DNA from: an uncultured delta proteobacterium
GTDB taxonomy: Bacteria; Myxococcota_A; Polyangia; Polyangiales; Polyangiaceae
NCBI GenBank assembly: GCA_963806225.1
Contig: CAWDXG010000001.1
Coordinates: 640,001-704,000, forward strand
Reading direction: 5' to 3'
DNA length: 64,000 nt
Shown: piece by piece, positions 19,224-27,107 of the stretch
How positions within the stretch are numbered: position 1 is the first letter of the stretch
How the letters are laid out: every line of letters starts with the position of its first letter
Notes under the pieces: generated by a model
The model's database searches: none
Told to the model about the DNA's origin: nothing
What the model saw: only the letters and a program-made list of their open reading frames with translations
Program-made: the position numbers and the translations under genes

Positions 19224-19783
19224 GGTGCCGCCTGCTTGAATGACGGTCCCGGGTAGTGGATGGCCGGCCACACCGCCGGGGTGTCGTAGAACACCAGCGA
19301 CAGGAACTTCTTCAGCGACCAGGAGATCTGGCGGCGCAGCAGCGAGTCGCTGTCGATCCAGCGCCTCCAGTGGACGAGCTGTTCGGCGGGGGGGAGGTTC
19401 GAGAAGGTCGAAAGGCGCCCCTCGAAAAGCAGCGGCCCGTACTCGAGCAGCGAGAGCGCGCGCTTCACGTCGCGCTTTACCTCTGGGGGTTCGTCGGCAA
19501 GGTAGCGGTCGAAGGCGCGTGCCACGCCGACCTCGTCCGCGCCCTGTTGGAAGGGGCCACCGGGCGGCAGGTGCACGCGCGCTACCGCCGACAGAGTCCT
19601 GAACTCCTGGTCGTCGAGCACCCGGAGGCCCTGCACGCGTGGCGGGCGCCCGCGCAGCGCGATCAGCCCGCCGCCGCCGGCCACGACCAGCGCGACCAGG
19701 CCAAGCCCCGCCTGCAGCAGCCTGCGCCGCGTCGGCCGCACGGATCCCGCGGCTGTATCCCGATCCGTCACGCCGGCCAGCAT
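19220..19783 (-). CDS. Tat-signal partner of the GMC enzyme (gluconate 2-dehydrogenase subunit 3-like)
   Basis: TRRRLL twin-arginine signal, C-terminal FY..P..W..IHYPGP; overlaps the GMC start. Confidence 0.65.
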   Translation of the reverse strand: MLAGVTDRDTAAGSVRPTRRRLLQAGLGLVALVVAGGGGLIALRGRPPRVQGLRVLDDQEFRTLSAVARVHLPPGGPFQQGADEVGVARAFDRYLADEPPEVKRDVKRALSLLEYGPLLFEGRLSTFSNLPPAEQLVHWRRWIDSDSLLRRQISWSLKKFLSLVFYDTPAVWPAIHYPGPSFKQAAP

Positions 19784-19839
19784 ACGGCGGTTCGGGGCGA
19801 TCCTGGATCGCGCTGTTGACGTCGGTCAGTCGCCGTAGG

Positions 19840-20928
19840 CTACGGACCCGCGTCCGGGCAGGTGGACGGCGCATTGCAGCTCGACGCGCTGCAGCACACC
19901 CCGCCGTAACAGCCGCTCGTGCTGCAGGTCACGCCGCACGAAGTACCCGAGCAGCTCACCCTGCCCTGGCAGGCCGAGGTACCGCAGGCGATGGTGGTGG
20001 TGCCGCTGGCGGTGGAGGTGACCGTGCTGCCGCAGGCGCTGGTGCCGCACTTCACGTCGCAATTGGTCCCGCTGCAGCTCACCGCACCGCCGCAGGCGAT
20101 ACTGCCCGTGCAGTCGATATTGCAGTCCGTCGCCGAGCAGTCGATCGAGCCGCCGCAGGCGATGGAGCCGCTGCAATCGATATTGCACTTCGGTCCGCTG
20201 CACTTGATGTCGCCGCTGTAGCAGGAGCTGCTGTTGTTGCAGTTGATGTTGCAGACGGAAGCGTTCGTGCAGTCGATGCCCCCGCTGCACGCCGAGGTGC
20301 CGCAGTTCACGTCGCACCTGCCGGTGCCGCAGGTGATGTTGTTGTGGCACGACGAGGTGCCGCAGTTGACGTCGCAGTCGGTCGCCCCGGAGCAGTCGAC
20401 TCCGCCGGAGCAGTCGGCGGTGCCGCAGTCGACGCGGCATGCGAGCCCCTTCGGGCAGACGACCTTCGAGTAGCAGTTGTTGTTCGTGCAGTCGATCACG
20501 CAGGTGTTGCCGACGCAGGTGCCCATGCCGGTGTTCGCGCAGCGCAGCAGGCAGTCGTAGGTGGGTGCGTCGGGGCCTGCATCGGCGGGTGTGCCCCCGC
20601 CGCCGCCCAGGCCCGCGCCACCGTCCGTACCCGCGCTACCGGAGCTGCCTCCCGCGCCGGCAGTTCCGGCGCTGCCGCCTGCGCCCGAGATGCCGCCGCC
20701 GCCGGCCGCGCCGCCCGTGCCCGCGCTGCCGCCGCTACCGGCCGTGCCGCCCGTACCGCCCGTGGTCGAGGCGTCGCTGCCCGCGCTGCCGCCGGTGGTC
20801 GAGGCGTCGCTGCCCGCCTGCCCGCCGCTGCCGCCGCTCGAGTTGCTGCTACTGCCGCAGGCGATGGCGATACCCGCGCCCAAGCTCACAATTGCTGAAG
20901 AACGCACCCAATTCCCAAGCCGGATCAT
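19840..20928 (-). CDS. Cys-rich solenoid-repeat lipoprotein
   Basis: Lipobox AIAC, Gly-rich linker, about 10 repeats of about 20-21 aa (Cx[IV]xC..SAC.G.[IV].C). Confidence 0.75.
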   Translation of the reverse strand: MIRLGNWVRSSAIVSLGAGIAIACGSSSNSSGGSGGQAGSDASTTGGSAGSDASTTGGTGGTAGSGGSAGTGGAAGGGGISGAGGSAGTAGAGGSSGSAGTDGGAGLGGGGGTPADAGPDAPTYDCLLRCANTGMGTCVGNTCVIDCTNNNCYSKVVCPKGLACRVDCGTADCSGGVDCSGATDCDVNCGTSSCHNNITCGTGRCDVNCGTSACSGGIDCTNASVCNINCNNSSSCYSGDIKCSGPKCNIDCSGSIACGGSIDCSATDCNIDCTGSIACGGAVSCSGTNCDVKCGTSACGSTVTSTASGTTTIACGTSACQGRVSCSGTSCGVTCSTSGCYGGVCCSASSCNAPSTCPDAGP

Positions 20929-20983
20929 CCCCCGACAATATCACGCGTGGGCGCACCTTGTCGGTGGAACTACCTCATCCCGG

Positions 20984-21130
20984 CTAGGTGAGCGCCGTGC
21001 CCAACGCGTCGTCCAGCTCGCGCCAGGTGTAGGGCTTGGGCCGAACCGCCGCGAACCCGTTTGTGGATGGAGCACGCGACGGAGATCACGGCGCGCAGCG
21101 CCCGCGCGTGCTCCTCGAACCCGGAACGCG
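20984..21130 (-). pseudogene. Possible remnant of a receiver-domain C-terminus
   Basis: Minus strand ...NGFAAVRPKPYTWRELDDALGTALT* resembles the KP motif and alpha5 of a REC domain; no intact N-terminus. Confidence 0.3.
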
Positions 21131-21307
21131 AAAGCGCGGCGACATCGTTGCCCGTCGGGGGCCCCCGTCACCAGGGGTGATGCTACGCCTGCCCCGGCCG
21201 CGTGCCAACGGCCATGCGCGGGGGGCTGACGCGCTGCAATCGCGTCCCTACATTCGATGGCTGCGGTGTCGACCTTGTGAAGCAAGGCCCAGACAGAGGA
21301 GGAAAGC

Positions 21308-22891
21308 ATGGGCGGGGAGACAAAGCTTGAAGGACCGGATCTTGCCGTGGGCGTGGAAGAGTCCGAGCTGTCCGACGGCGGGCTGCTGGTCGGACACGCG
21401 GCGGGACAGTCCGTGCTGTTGACGCGGCGCGGTGACACGGTGTTCGCGGTCGGTGCCAACTGCACGCACTACGGCGCTCCGCTGGCCGACGGGCTCGTCG
21501 TGGGCGAGAGCGTGCGTTGCCCTTGGCACCATGCCTGCTTCAACCTGCGCACCGGAGAGGCGGAGCGCGCGCCGGCACTGGATGCGCTTCCCTGCTACCG
21601 GGTGGAACGACGCGGCTCGAAGCTGGTCGTGCTGGGCAAGAAGGAGCTCGACGGCGCGGACGCGCGCCCTGGCGGGAACGTGCCCGCGCATCCGGCGCGC
21701 CACGCGAGGGCGCCAAAGAGCGTGGTTATCGTCGGTGCTGGCGCCGCCGGCAACGCGGCGGCGGAGATGCTTCGTCGCGAAGGCTACGAAGGCCCCGTCA
21801 CCCTGCTCGGCGCGGAACCGGACGGCCCCGTCAATCGTCCGAACCTGTCCAAGGACTACCTGGCGGGGACCGCGCCGGAGGAATGGATCCCGCTCAGGCC
21901 GGACGATTTCTACCGGCAGCACGCCATCGAGCTCCGCACCGGTGCGCGCGTCGAGCGCATCGATGGCGCTTCGAAGCGAGTGTTCATCGAAGGCGGCGGC
22001 GAGCTCGGCTATGGAGCCCTGCTTCTGTGCACCGGAGCCGCTCCGCTGCGCCTCGACGTGCCCGGCGCGGACCTGCCGCACGTCTGCACGCTGCGCAGCC
22101 TGGCTGACAGCCGCGCGCTGATCGAAAGGGCCGGCCGCGCGAAGCGCGCGGTGGTGGTCGGAGCCAGCTTCATCGGCCTGGAGGCTGCCGCATCGCTGGT
22201 CGCGCGCGGCCTGGAGGTGCACGTGGTGGCCCCCGAGGCGCGCCCGCTGGAACGCGTGATGGGTCCCGCACTGGGCGACGCCATCCGGCGTCTGCACGAG
22301 GACAAGGGCGTCTGTTTCCATATGGGCGAGACGGTGACGCGCATCGAGGCTTCGTCGGTGACGCTGTCCGGAGGCGACGCTCTCGATGCCGGGCTCGTCG
22401 TCGTCGGCATCGGCGTGCGCCCGCGGGTGGAGCTCGCCGCGGGTGCCGGGGCCGAGCTTGATCGTGGAGTCAGCGTCGACGAGCACCTCGAGACGAGCGT
22501 TCCCGGCATCTACGCGGCGGGAGACATCGCGCGCTATCCCGATCCCCGTAGCGGCGAGCACGTGCGCATCGAGCACTGGGTGGTGGCGGAACGGCAGGGC
22601 CAGCTTGCCGCACGCAACATGCTCGGCGGCGAGGTCCCGTTCGACGCGGTGCCGTTCTTCTGGAGCCAGCACTACGACACGCCCATCGCGTACGTGGGGC
22701 ACGCGGCGTCGTGGGAGCGCATCGACGTGGCCGGCGACATCGCGGCGCTGGATTCCGCGCTGGCGTTTCGCAGTGACGGCCGCACCCTCGCCGTCGCGTG
22801 CATCGGACGCGATCGCACCAGCCTGCAAGCGGAGAGCGCGCTGGAGCGCAGCGACGAAGCCGCCCTGCGCGAGCTCGTACCTCCCTCGTAG
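21308..22891 (+). CDS. Rieske 2Fe-2S / FAD-dependent ferredoxin reductase fusion
   Basis: CTHYG..CPWH Rieske ligands, GAGAAG, GASFIG, AAGDIA, VPFFWS; RBS GAGGA upstream. Confidence 0.9.
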   Translation: MGGETKLEGPDLAVGVEESELSDGGLLVGHAAGQSVLLTRRGDTVFAVGANCTHYGAPLADGLVVGESVRCPWHHACFNLRTGEAERAPALDALPCYRVERRGSKLVVLGKKELDGADARPGGNVPAHPARHARAPKSVVIVGAGAAGNAAAEMLRREGYEGPVTLLGAEPDGPVNRPNLSKDYLAGTAPEEWIPLRPDDFYRQHAIELRTGARVERIDGASKRVFIEGGGELGYGALLLCTGAAPLRLDVPGADLPHVCTLRSLADSRALIERAGRAKRAVVVGASFIGLEAAASLVARGLEVHVVAPEARPLERVMGPALGDAIRRLHEDKGVCFHMGETVTRIEASSVTLSGGDALDAGLVVVGIGVRPRVELAAGAGAELDRGVSVDEHLETSVPGIYAAGDIARYPDPRSGEHVRIEHWVVAERQGQLAARNMLGGEVPFDAVPFFWSQHYDTPIAYVGHAASWERIDVAGDIAALDSALAFRSDGRTLAVACIGRDRTSLQAESALERSDEAALRELVPPS

Positions 22892-22911
22892 GTGACCGGA
22901 ATCCCGTGGGA

Positions 22912-22948
22912 ATTACATTGTTAGTGCCAATCGGTCAAGAAGTGTAAT
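22912..22948. promoter_or_regulatory. Widely spaced inverted repeat, candidate operator of the PaaX-like regulator
   Basis: ATTACA-N25-TGTAAT in an AT-rich patch 10 bp upstream of the start codon. Confidence 0.5.
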
Positions 22949-22957
22949 ACTCCAGCC

Positions 22958-23788
22958 GTGGCGACACCGCGGCCCGTGACCCCGAAGCGCCTCGTGCTCG
23001 ATCTGCTGCGCGTGGCGCGCGACAAGCCCGTGCCGGTGGGCGCGCTGGTCGGCGTGGGCGCGCTGTTCGGGTTGACCGGCAACTCGATGCGCGTGGCGAT
23101 CACGCGACTTCTGGCGCGCGGTCTGGTCGAGAGCGACGAGCGCGGCTCGTACCGCCTTTCGCCGGCCACCGATCCGCTGACCGCGCACGTCGAGCGCTGG
23201 CGCGAGGGCGAGGCGCGCATGCGACGCTGGGAGAGCGAATGGCTGCTCGTGTCGCCGCCGCGCGGCGCCGATCGCAGCACCCGGCGACACAGCCTGCGCG
23301 CGCTCGGCCTGTCCGGTTTCCGCGAAGGGCTCGATGGCCTGTGGACCCGCCCGCACAATCTGGCCGAACCGCTGTCGACGACGTTCGAACGTCTGGGCGC
23401 GTTGGGTCTCGATCCAGGCGCTCGGCACTTCGTCGCGAGCCACCTGGACGCAAAGCTCCGGCGCCGCTGGGAAACGACGCTCTGGCCGATCGAGCAGCTC
23501 CAGCGCGGCTACCGGAGGGCGCTCGACAGTGTCGAGCGCAGCATGGCGCGCGTCGGCTCGATGCCCGCCGAGCAAGCGCTGGTGGAGACGTTCGTCGTCG
23601 GCGGCGAAGCGATCCGGGTGATCGCCACCGACCCGCTCCTGCCCGAGGCGATCCTGTCGAGCTTCGAGCGCCGCGCGCTCAGCGACGCGATGCTGCGCTA
23701 CGACGAGCTCGGTCGGGGCATCTGGGGGCGCCTGCGCCGCGAATTCGAAGCGGGCAGGAGCGAATCCAGCGCGGAGGCTCTGCCGTGA
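22958..23788 (+). CDS. PaaX family transcriptional regulator
   Basis: N-terminal wHTH (NSMRVAITRL..RG), W...W, GF....GLW..P, DPLLP motif. Confidence 0.8.
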   Translation: MATPRPVTPKRLVLDLLRVARDKPVPVGALVGVGALFGLTGNSMRVAITRLLARGLVESDERGSYRLSPATDPLTAHVERWREGEARMRRWESEWLLVSPPRGADRSTRRHSLRALGLSGFREGLDGLWTRPHNLAEPLSTTFERLGALGLDPGARHFVASHLDAKLRRRWETTLWPIEQLQRGYRRALDSVERSMARVGSMPAEQALVETFVVGGEAIRVIATDPLLPEAILSSFERRALSDAMLRYDELGRGIWGRLRREFEAGRSESSAEALP

Positions 23789-24729
23789 GCTATCTCGACC
23801 GGGAGCAGCTCGCCGAGCTCAAGCGCCTCGACTCGTGGCGCGGTCTGGGTTCCGTCGCCTGGAGCTGGAGCGTTATCGTCGCGTGCTTCGGACTGTACGT
23901 GTGCCGGCCGGGTCCGATCACATTCCTGATCGGTTTCGTGATCATCTCGGGGCGGCATCTGGCGCTCGCGATCCTGATGCACGAGGCCGCGCACTACCTG
24001 ATCCTGCCGAACCGGCGCGACAACGATCGGATCGGGCAGTGGCTGCTCGCGCAGCCGATCATGCTGGACCTGTCCGCCTACCGGCAGATCCACTTCCAGC
24101 ACCACAAGGCAACCTGGACGGACGCGGATCCCGATCTGGGGCTCGCCAAGCCGTTCCCGATCACGCGCTGGAGCTTTGCGCGCAAGGTGCTCCGCGATCT
24201 GACGGGGCGGACCGGCTTCAAGCGCTACCGCATGATCGCGCGGCTCTCGGCCGGGCTCTCGCCCTTCGGGCGGGGGCTGGAAGGGACGCCGCTCGGCGTT
24301 GCGGTCGCCCGCTTCTGCCGGCGGCAGAAGGGCTTCCTGATCGCGAACGCGGTGCTCCTTTTGGCGTTCTCGCTGCTAGGCCATCCGGAGGCCTTCGTGC
24401 TGCTCTGGTGGCTGCCCGCGCTCTCGGGCTACTCGCTGGTGCTCCGGCTGCGCAGCATCGCGGAGCATGCGGCGGTGAGCGATCCGGGCGACGAGCTCAA
24501 GCAGACACGCACGACGCTCGTGCCGTTCTGGCTCGGCTTCTTCATCGCGCCGCATCACGTCAACTACCACCTCGAGCACCACCTGTTCATGTTCATCCCG
24601 CACTACCGCCTGCCGCGCGCACATCGGCTGCTGCGGGAGGCGGGGGTGCTGGAGCGCGCGGAGGTCGCGCCGAGCTACTTCGAGGTGCTGCGGCGCGCGA
24701 CCAGCCTGGCGCCTACTGGCACACGTTGA
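23785..24729 (+). CDS. Membrane fatty acid desaturase family protein
   Basis: His boxes HEAAH, HFQHH, HLEHH; GTGA overlap with the regulator stop. Confidence 0.85.
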   Translation: MSYLDREQLAELKRLDSWRGLGSVAWSWSVIVACFGLYVCRPGPITFLIGFVIISGRHLALAILMHEAAHYLILPNRRDNDRIGQWLLAQPIMLDLSAYRQIHFQHHKATWTDADPDLGLAKPFPITRWSFARKVLRDLTGRTGFKRYRMIARLSAGLSPFGRGLEGTPLGVAVARFCRRQKGFLIANAVLLLAFSLLGHPEAFVLLWWLPALSGYSLVLRLRSIAEHAAVSDPGDELKQTRTTLVPFWLGFFIAPHHVNYHLEHHLFMFIPHYRLPRAHRLLREAGVLERAEVAPSYFEVLRRATSLAPTGTR

Positions 24730-25393
24730 AGCCGGTGACCGAAGCCAGCGGCAGGCAATGCGTGCTGCCCTTGCATTCGCCGTCGGTCGTGCACAGCTGC
24801 GCGTTGCCGTTGTAGGGGCAGGACGTGTCGCACGACGCGCCGAGGAACTTGTTCGTGCTGGAATCGAAGTGTGCGCAGCACACCTTGCCGTTCGTGCAGT
24901 CTGCCTTGTCGTCGCAGTAGAGCGGCCTGCCGGTGGTACAACCGGTGATCCTCGGGTAGCAGACGGTCAGCTTGGGGAAGCAGCCCGTGCACACACAGCA
25001 CACGTTCAGCTGTGTGCCGCAGGGTGCTGCGCCGCAGTGGATGCTGCCCGGGGTGGGCGTACCGGTGGAGCCGCCGCTGCCCGCAGCGCCGCCCATGCCC
25101 GCGCTGCCGCCGGCGGCCGAGCCGCCCGTGCCCCCGGCACCGGTCCCGGCTGAACCACTCGCTCCGGCGTTGCCGCCCGCCGCGGCGTTGCCGCCCGCCG
25201 AGCTGTCGGGCGCAGCCTCGGCGCCGGCGTCCAGCCCGCCGGCGCTGCCGCCGCTGCCGCCGCTGCCCGCAGCCGAGCCTCCGCCGCTCCCGTGGGCAGG
25301 ACCCAGCAGATCGCCCGCGGAGCTGCCCCCGCACGCCACAGCGAGTGCGCAGCCTGCCGCCAACAGCGACCCGCGCCGGATCAGTGCGACCAT
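24713..25393 (-). CDS. Cys-rich lipoprotein
   Basis: Lipobox AVAC, Gly-rich linker, CDDKADC..GKVCC domain. Confidence 0.7.
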   Translation of the reverse strand: MVALIRRGSLLAAGCALAVACGGSSAGDLLGPAHGSGGGSAAGSGGSGGSAGGLDAGAEAAPDSSAGGNAAAGGNAGASGSAGTGAGGTGGSAAGGSAGMGGAAGSGGSTGTPTPGSIHCGAAPCGTQLNVCCVCTGCFPKLTVCYPRITGCTTGRPLYCDDKADCTNGKVCCAHFDSSTNKFLGASCDTSCPYNGNAQLCTTDGECKGSTHCLPLASVTGFNVCQ

Positions 25394-25719
25394 GGGTCGA
25401 TCACGTCGAGCGGCGCGAAGATGGCCGTCGGCACGGCGTGGGTGTGCGCACGCCAGGGGTCCACGATAAGCGGGTCGTCGTCGTTGCGACTCCTGGTGGT
25501 GCGCGAACCGTGCCACGGGTCGATGACCTCGCTTCCGTCAGGTCCGTTCCACCCCCGGGCGTGCACGGTCGCGCGGGTCGATGCGGGAGCCCAGGGATCG
25601 ATCACCTCGCTGCCCGGAGCGGACGGCGGATCGGCAGATGCGACGGCTGGCCACGCACACGTGACCGGAATCAAGACCAGCCAGGGAGCCAGCCGACCGC
25701 GATGACGGAGCAGTTCCAC
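25381..25719 (-). CDS. Small secreted protein with four [VI][IV]DPW repeats
   Basis: Signal peptide ending AVASA; SEVIDPW twice, LIVDPW, DVIDPW. The stop overlaps the start of the next lipoprotein. Confidence 0.6.
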   Translation of the reverse strand: MELLRHRGRLAPWLVLIPVTCAWPAVASADPPSAPGSEVIDPWAPASTRATVHARGWNGPDGSEVIDPWHGSRTTRSRNDDDPLIVDPWRAHTHAVPTAIFAPLDVIDPWSH

Positions 25720-25791
25720 TTCATCTGCATGATAACCCCGTCGCGGCGGTCTCGCATTCTGTTACAATCGGGTTTCACTCGGCTGGAAATC

Positions 25792-26973
25792 GTGCAGCTT
25801 CATGGAAGAACCAGGCGGGGTGGGAGACGCTGTGCAGGGCTGCTTTCGCTGGTCTCCGCATTGGTGCTGGCCGTGGGGTGCGGCGCGGCGGGCAACGCGA
25901 CGCCGGCGTCCGGTGGCCAGTCCGGGTCGGGCGGCAGCGGCGCGGTCGCGGGCAGCGGAGGAGTCGGGGGCAGCGGGGCCGCCGCGGGCGGCGGGGGGGC
26001 TGCCGGAACGGGCGGGGCGGCGTGCACGCCCTGGACGCCGCCGAAGAGCTGCGACGCCCCGCTTCCGGCTTTCACCAAGCGCCCCTGGCACCACGGTATC
26101 GAGTCGCCGATCATCGTCGCCACCGGCTCATCCAACCACCGCGGTCGCGACCTGTTCCTCGTGCCGGGCGAGCCGCAGTGGATCATCGGCAAGTTCGCCT
26201 ACGGGATCGCAGACAAGGACCTGAAGGACGAGGAAGTCGACATCTACCTCCTGCGCGGCTGCACGGGGAGCTGGGAGAAGCTCGGCACCGCCATCACCAC
26301 GCAGGACAACCAGCACGCGACGGAAGAGGGCGTCGACGACAGCGGCGGTCGCATCTACTTCCAGATCCCAGCCGGCAAGGAGCTCGGTATCGGCCGGCAT
26401 CGGGTGCACCTGGTCGTTGCGGGCGATCTGAGCAGCACGGACCTGTACATCGAGGTCGTGCCCCAAGGGACCCACCTGTTCGCGAGCGACGTGGACGGCA
26501 CCCTCACGACGCAGGAGACGGAGGAGTTCACGGCCCTGCTCACGGGCACTACTCCGAACTCCAATCCCGACTCGCCCGAGGCGCTGCGCGAGCTCGCCGA
26601 CAAGGGCTACCGTCCGTTCTACTTGACCGCGCGCCCGGAGTTCCTGGTCGGTCGCACGCGAGAGTTCCTCGACAAGTACGGCTACCCGCCGGGCATCGTG
26701 CACACCACCACGTCGCTGACCGGTGCGCTGGGGAGCGCGGCGTCGAGCTACAAGATCGGCGAGATCGGGCGAGAGCAGAAGCGCGGCCTCGTCATCGGCT
26801 GGGGCTTCGGCAACACCAGCTCGGATGCCGACGCCTACTTCTCCACCGGCATCGCCCCGGCCAGTCACCGCATCATGTTCCAGTTCACCGACAGCGCGCA
26901 CGGCAGCCGCCGCATCGACAGCTACTCCGAGCTGCTCGGCGAGTTCGCGGCGCTGTCTCCGGTCTGCCCGTAG
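25792..26973 (+). CDS. Lipoprotein with an LNS2/PITP-type HAD phosphatase domain
   Basis: Lipobox AVGC, Ig-like segment, SDVDGT, YLTAR and GN...D HAD motifs; start codon uncertain. Confidence 0.7.
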   Translation: MQLHGRTRRGGRRCAGLLSLVSALVLAVGCGAAGNATPASGGQSGSGGSGAVAGSGGVGGSGAAAGGGGAAGTGGAACTPWTPPKSCDAPLPAFTKRPWHHGIESPIIVATGSSNHRGRDLFLVPGEPQWIIGKFAYGIADKDLKDEEVDIYLLRGCTGSWEKLGTAITTQDNQHATEEGVDDSGGRIYFQIPAGKELGIGRHRVHLVVAGDLSSTDLYIEVVPQGTHLFASDVDGTLTTQETEEFTALLTGTTPNSNPDSPEALRELADKGYRPFYLTARPEFLVGRTREFLDKYGYPPGIVHTTTSLTGALGSAASSYKIGEIGREQKRGLVIGWGFGNTSSDADAYFSTGIAPASHRIMFQFTDSAHGSRRIDSYSELLGEFAALSPVCP

Positions 26974-27107
26974 CGCGGCCCGGCGGGAAATTGTCGCCCA
27001 TCGCCGCGGGTTTACCGCTGGCCGGGGTGGTCTGCCGCAGGGCCCGGCGTGACGTGTTATATGCGGGCCGCGCCGCCCTGTTGGGCCCCGAGCAACTGGA
27101 GAGACCG

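Noticed and set aside
20703..20820. Short tandem DNA repeats here and at about 53065-53100 and 54985-55040
   Set aside because: They encode GSDASTT, PSPT and GGGGF linkers; there are no unique spacers, so this is not a CRISPR array.
25502..25517. TGGCACGGTTCGCGCA sigma54-like motif on the minus strand
   Set aside because: Poor -12 box, and explained by the W-H-G codons of the DPW-repeat gene.
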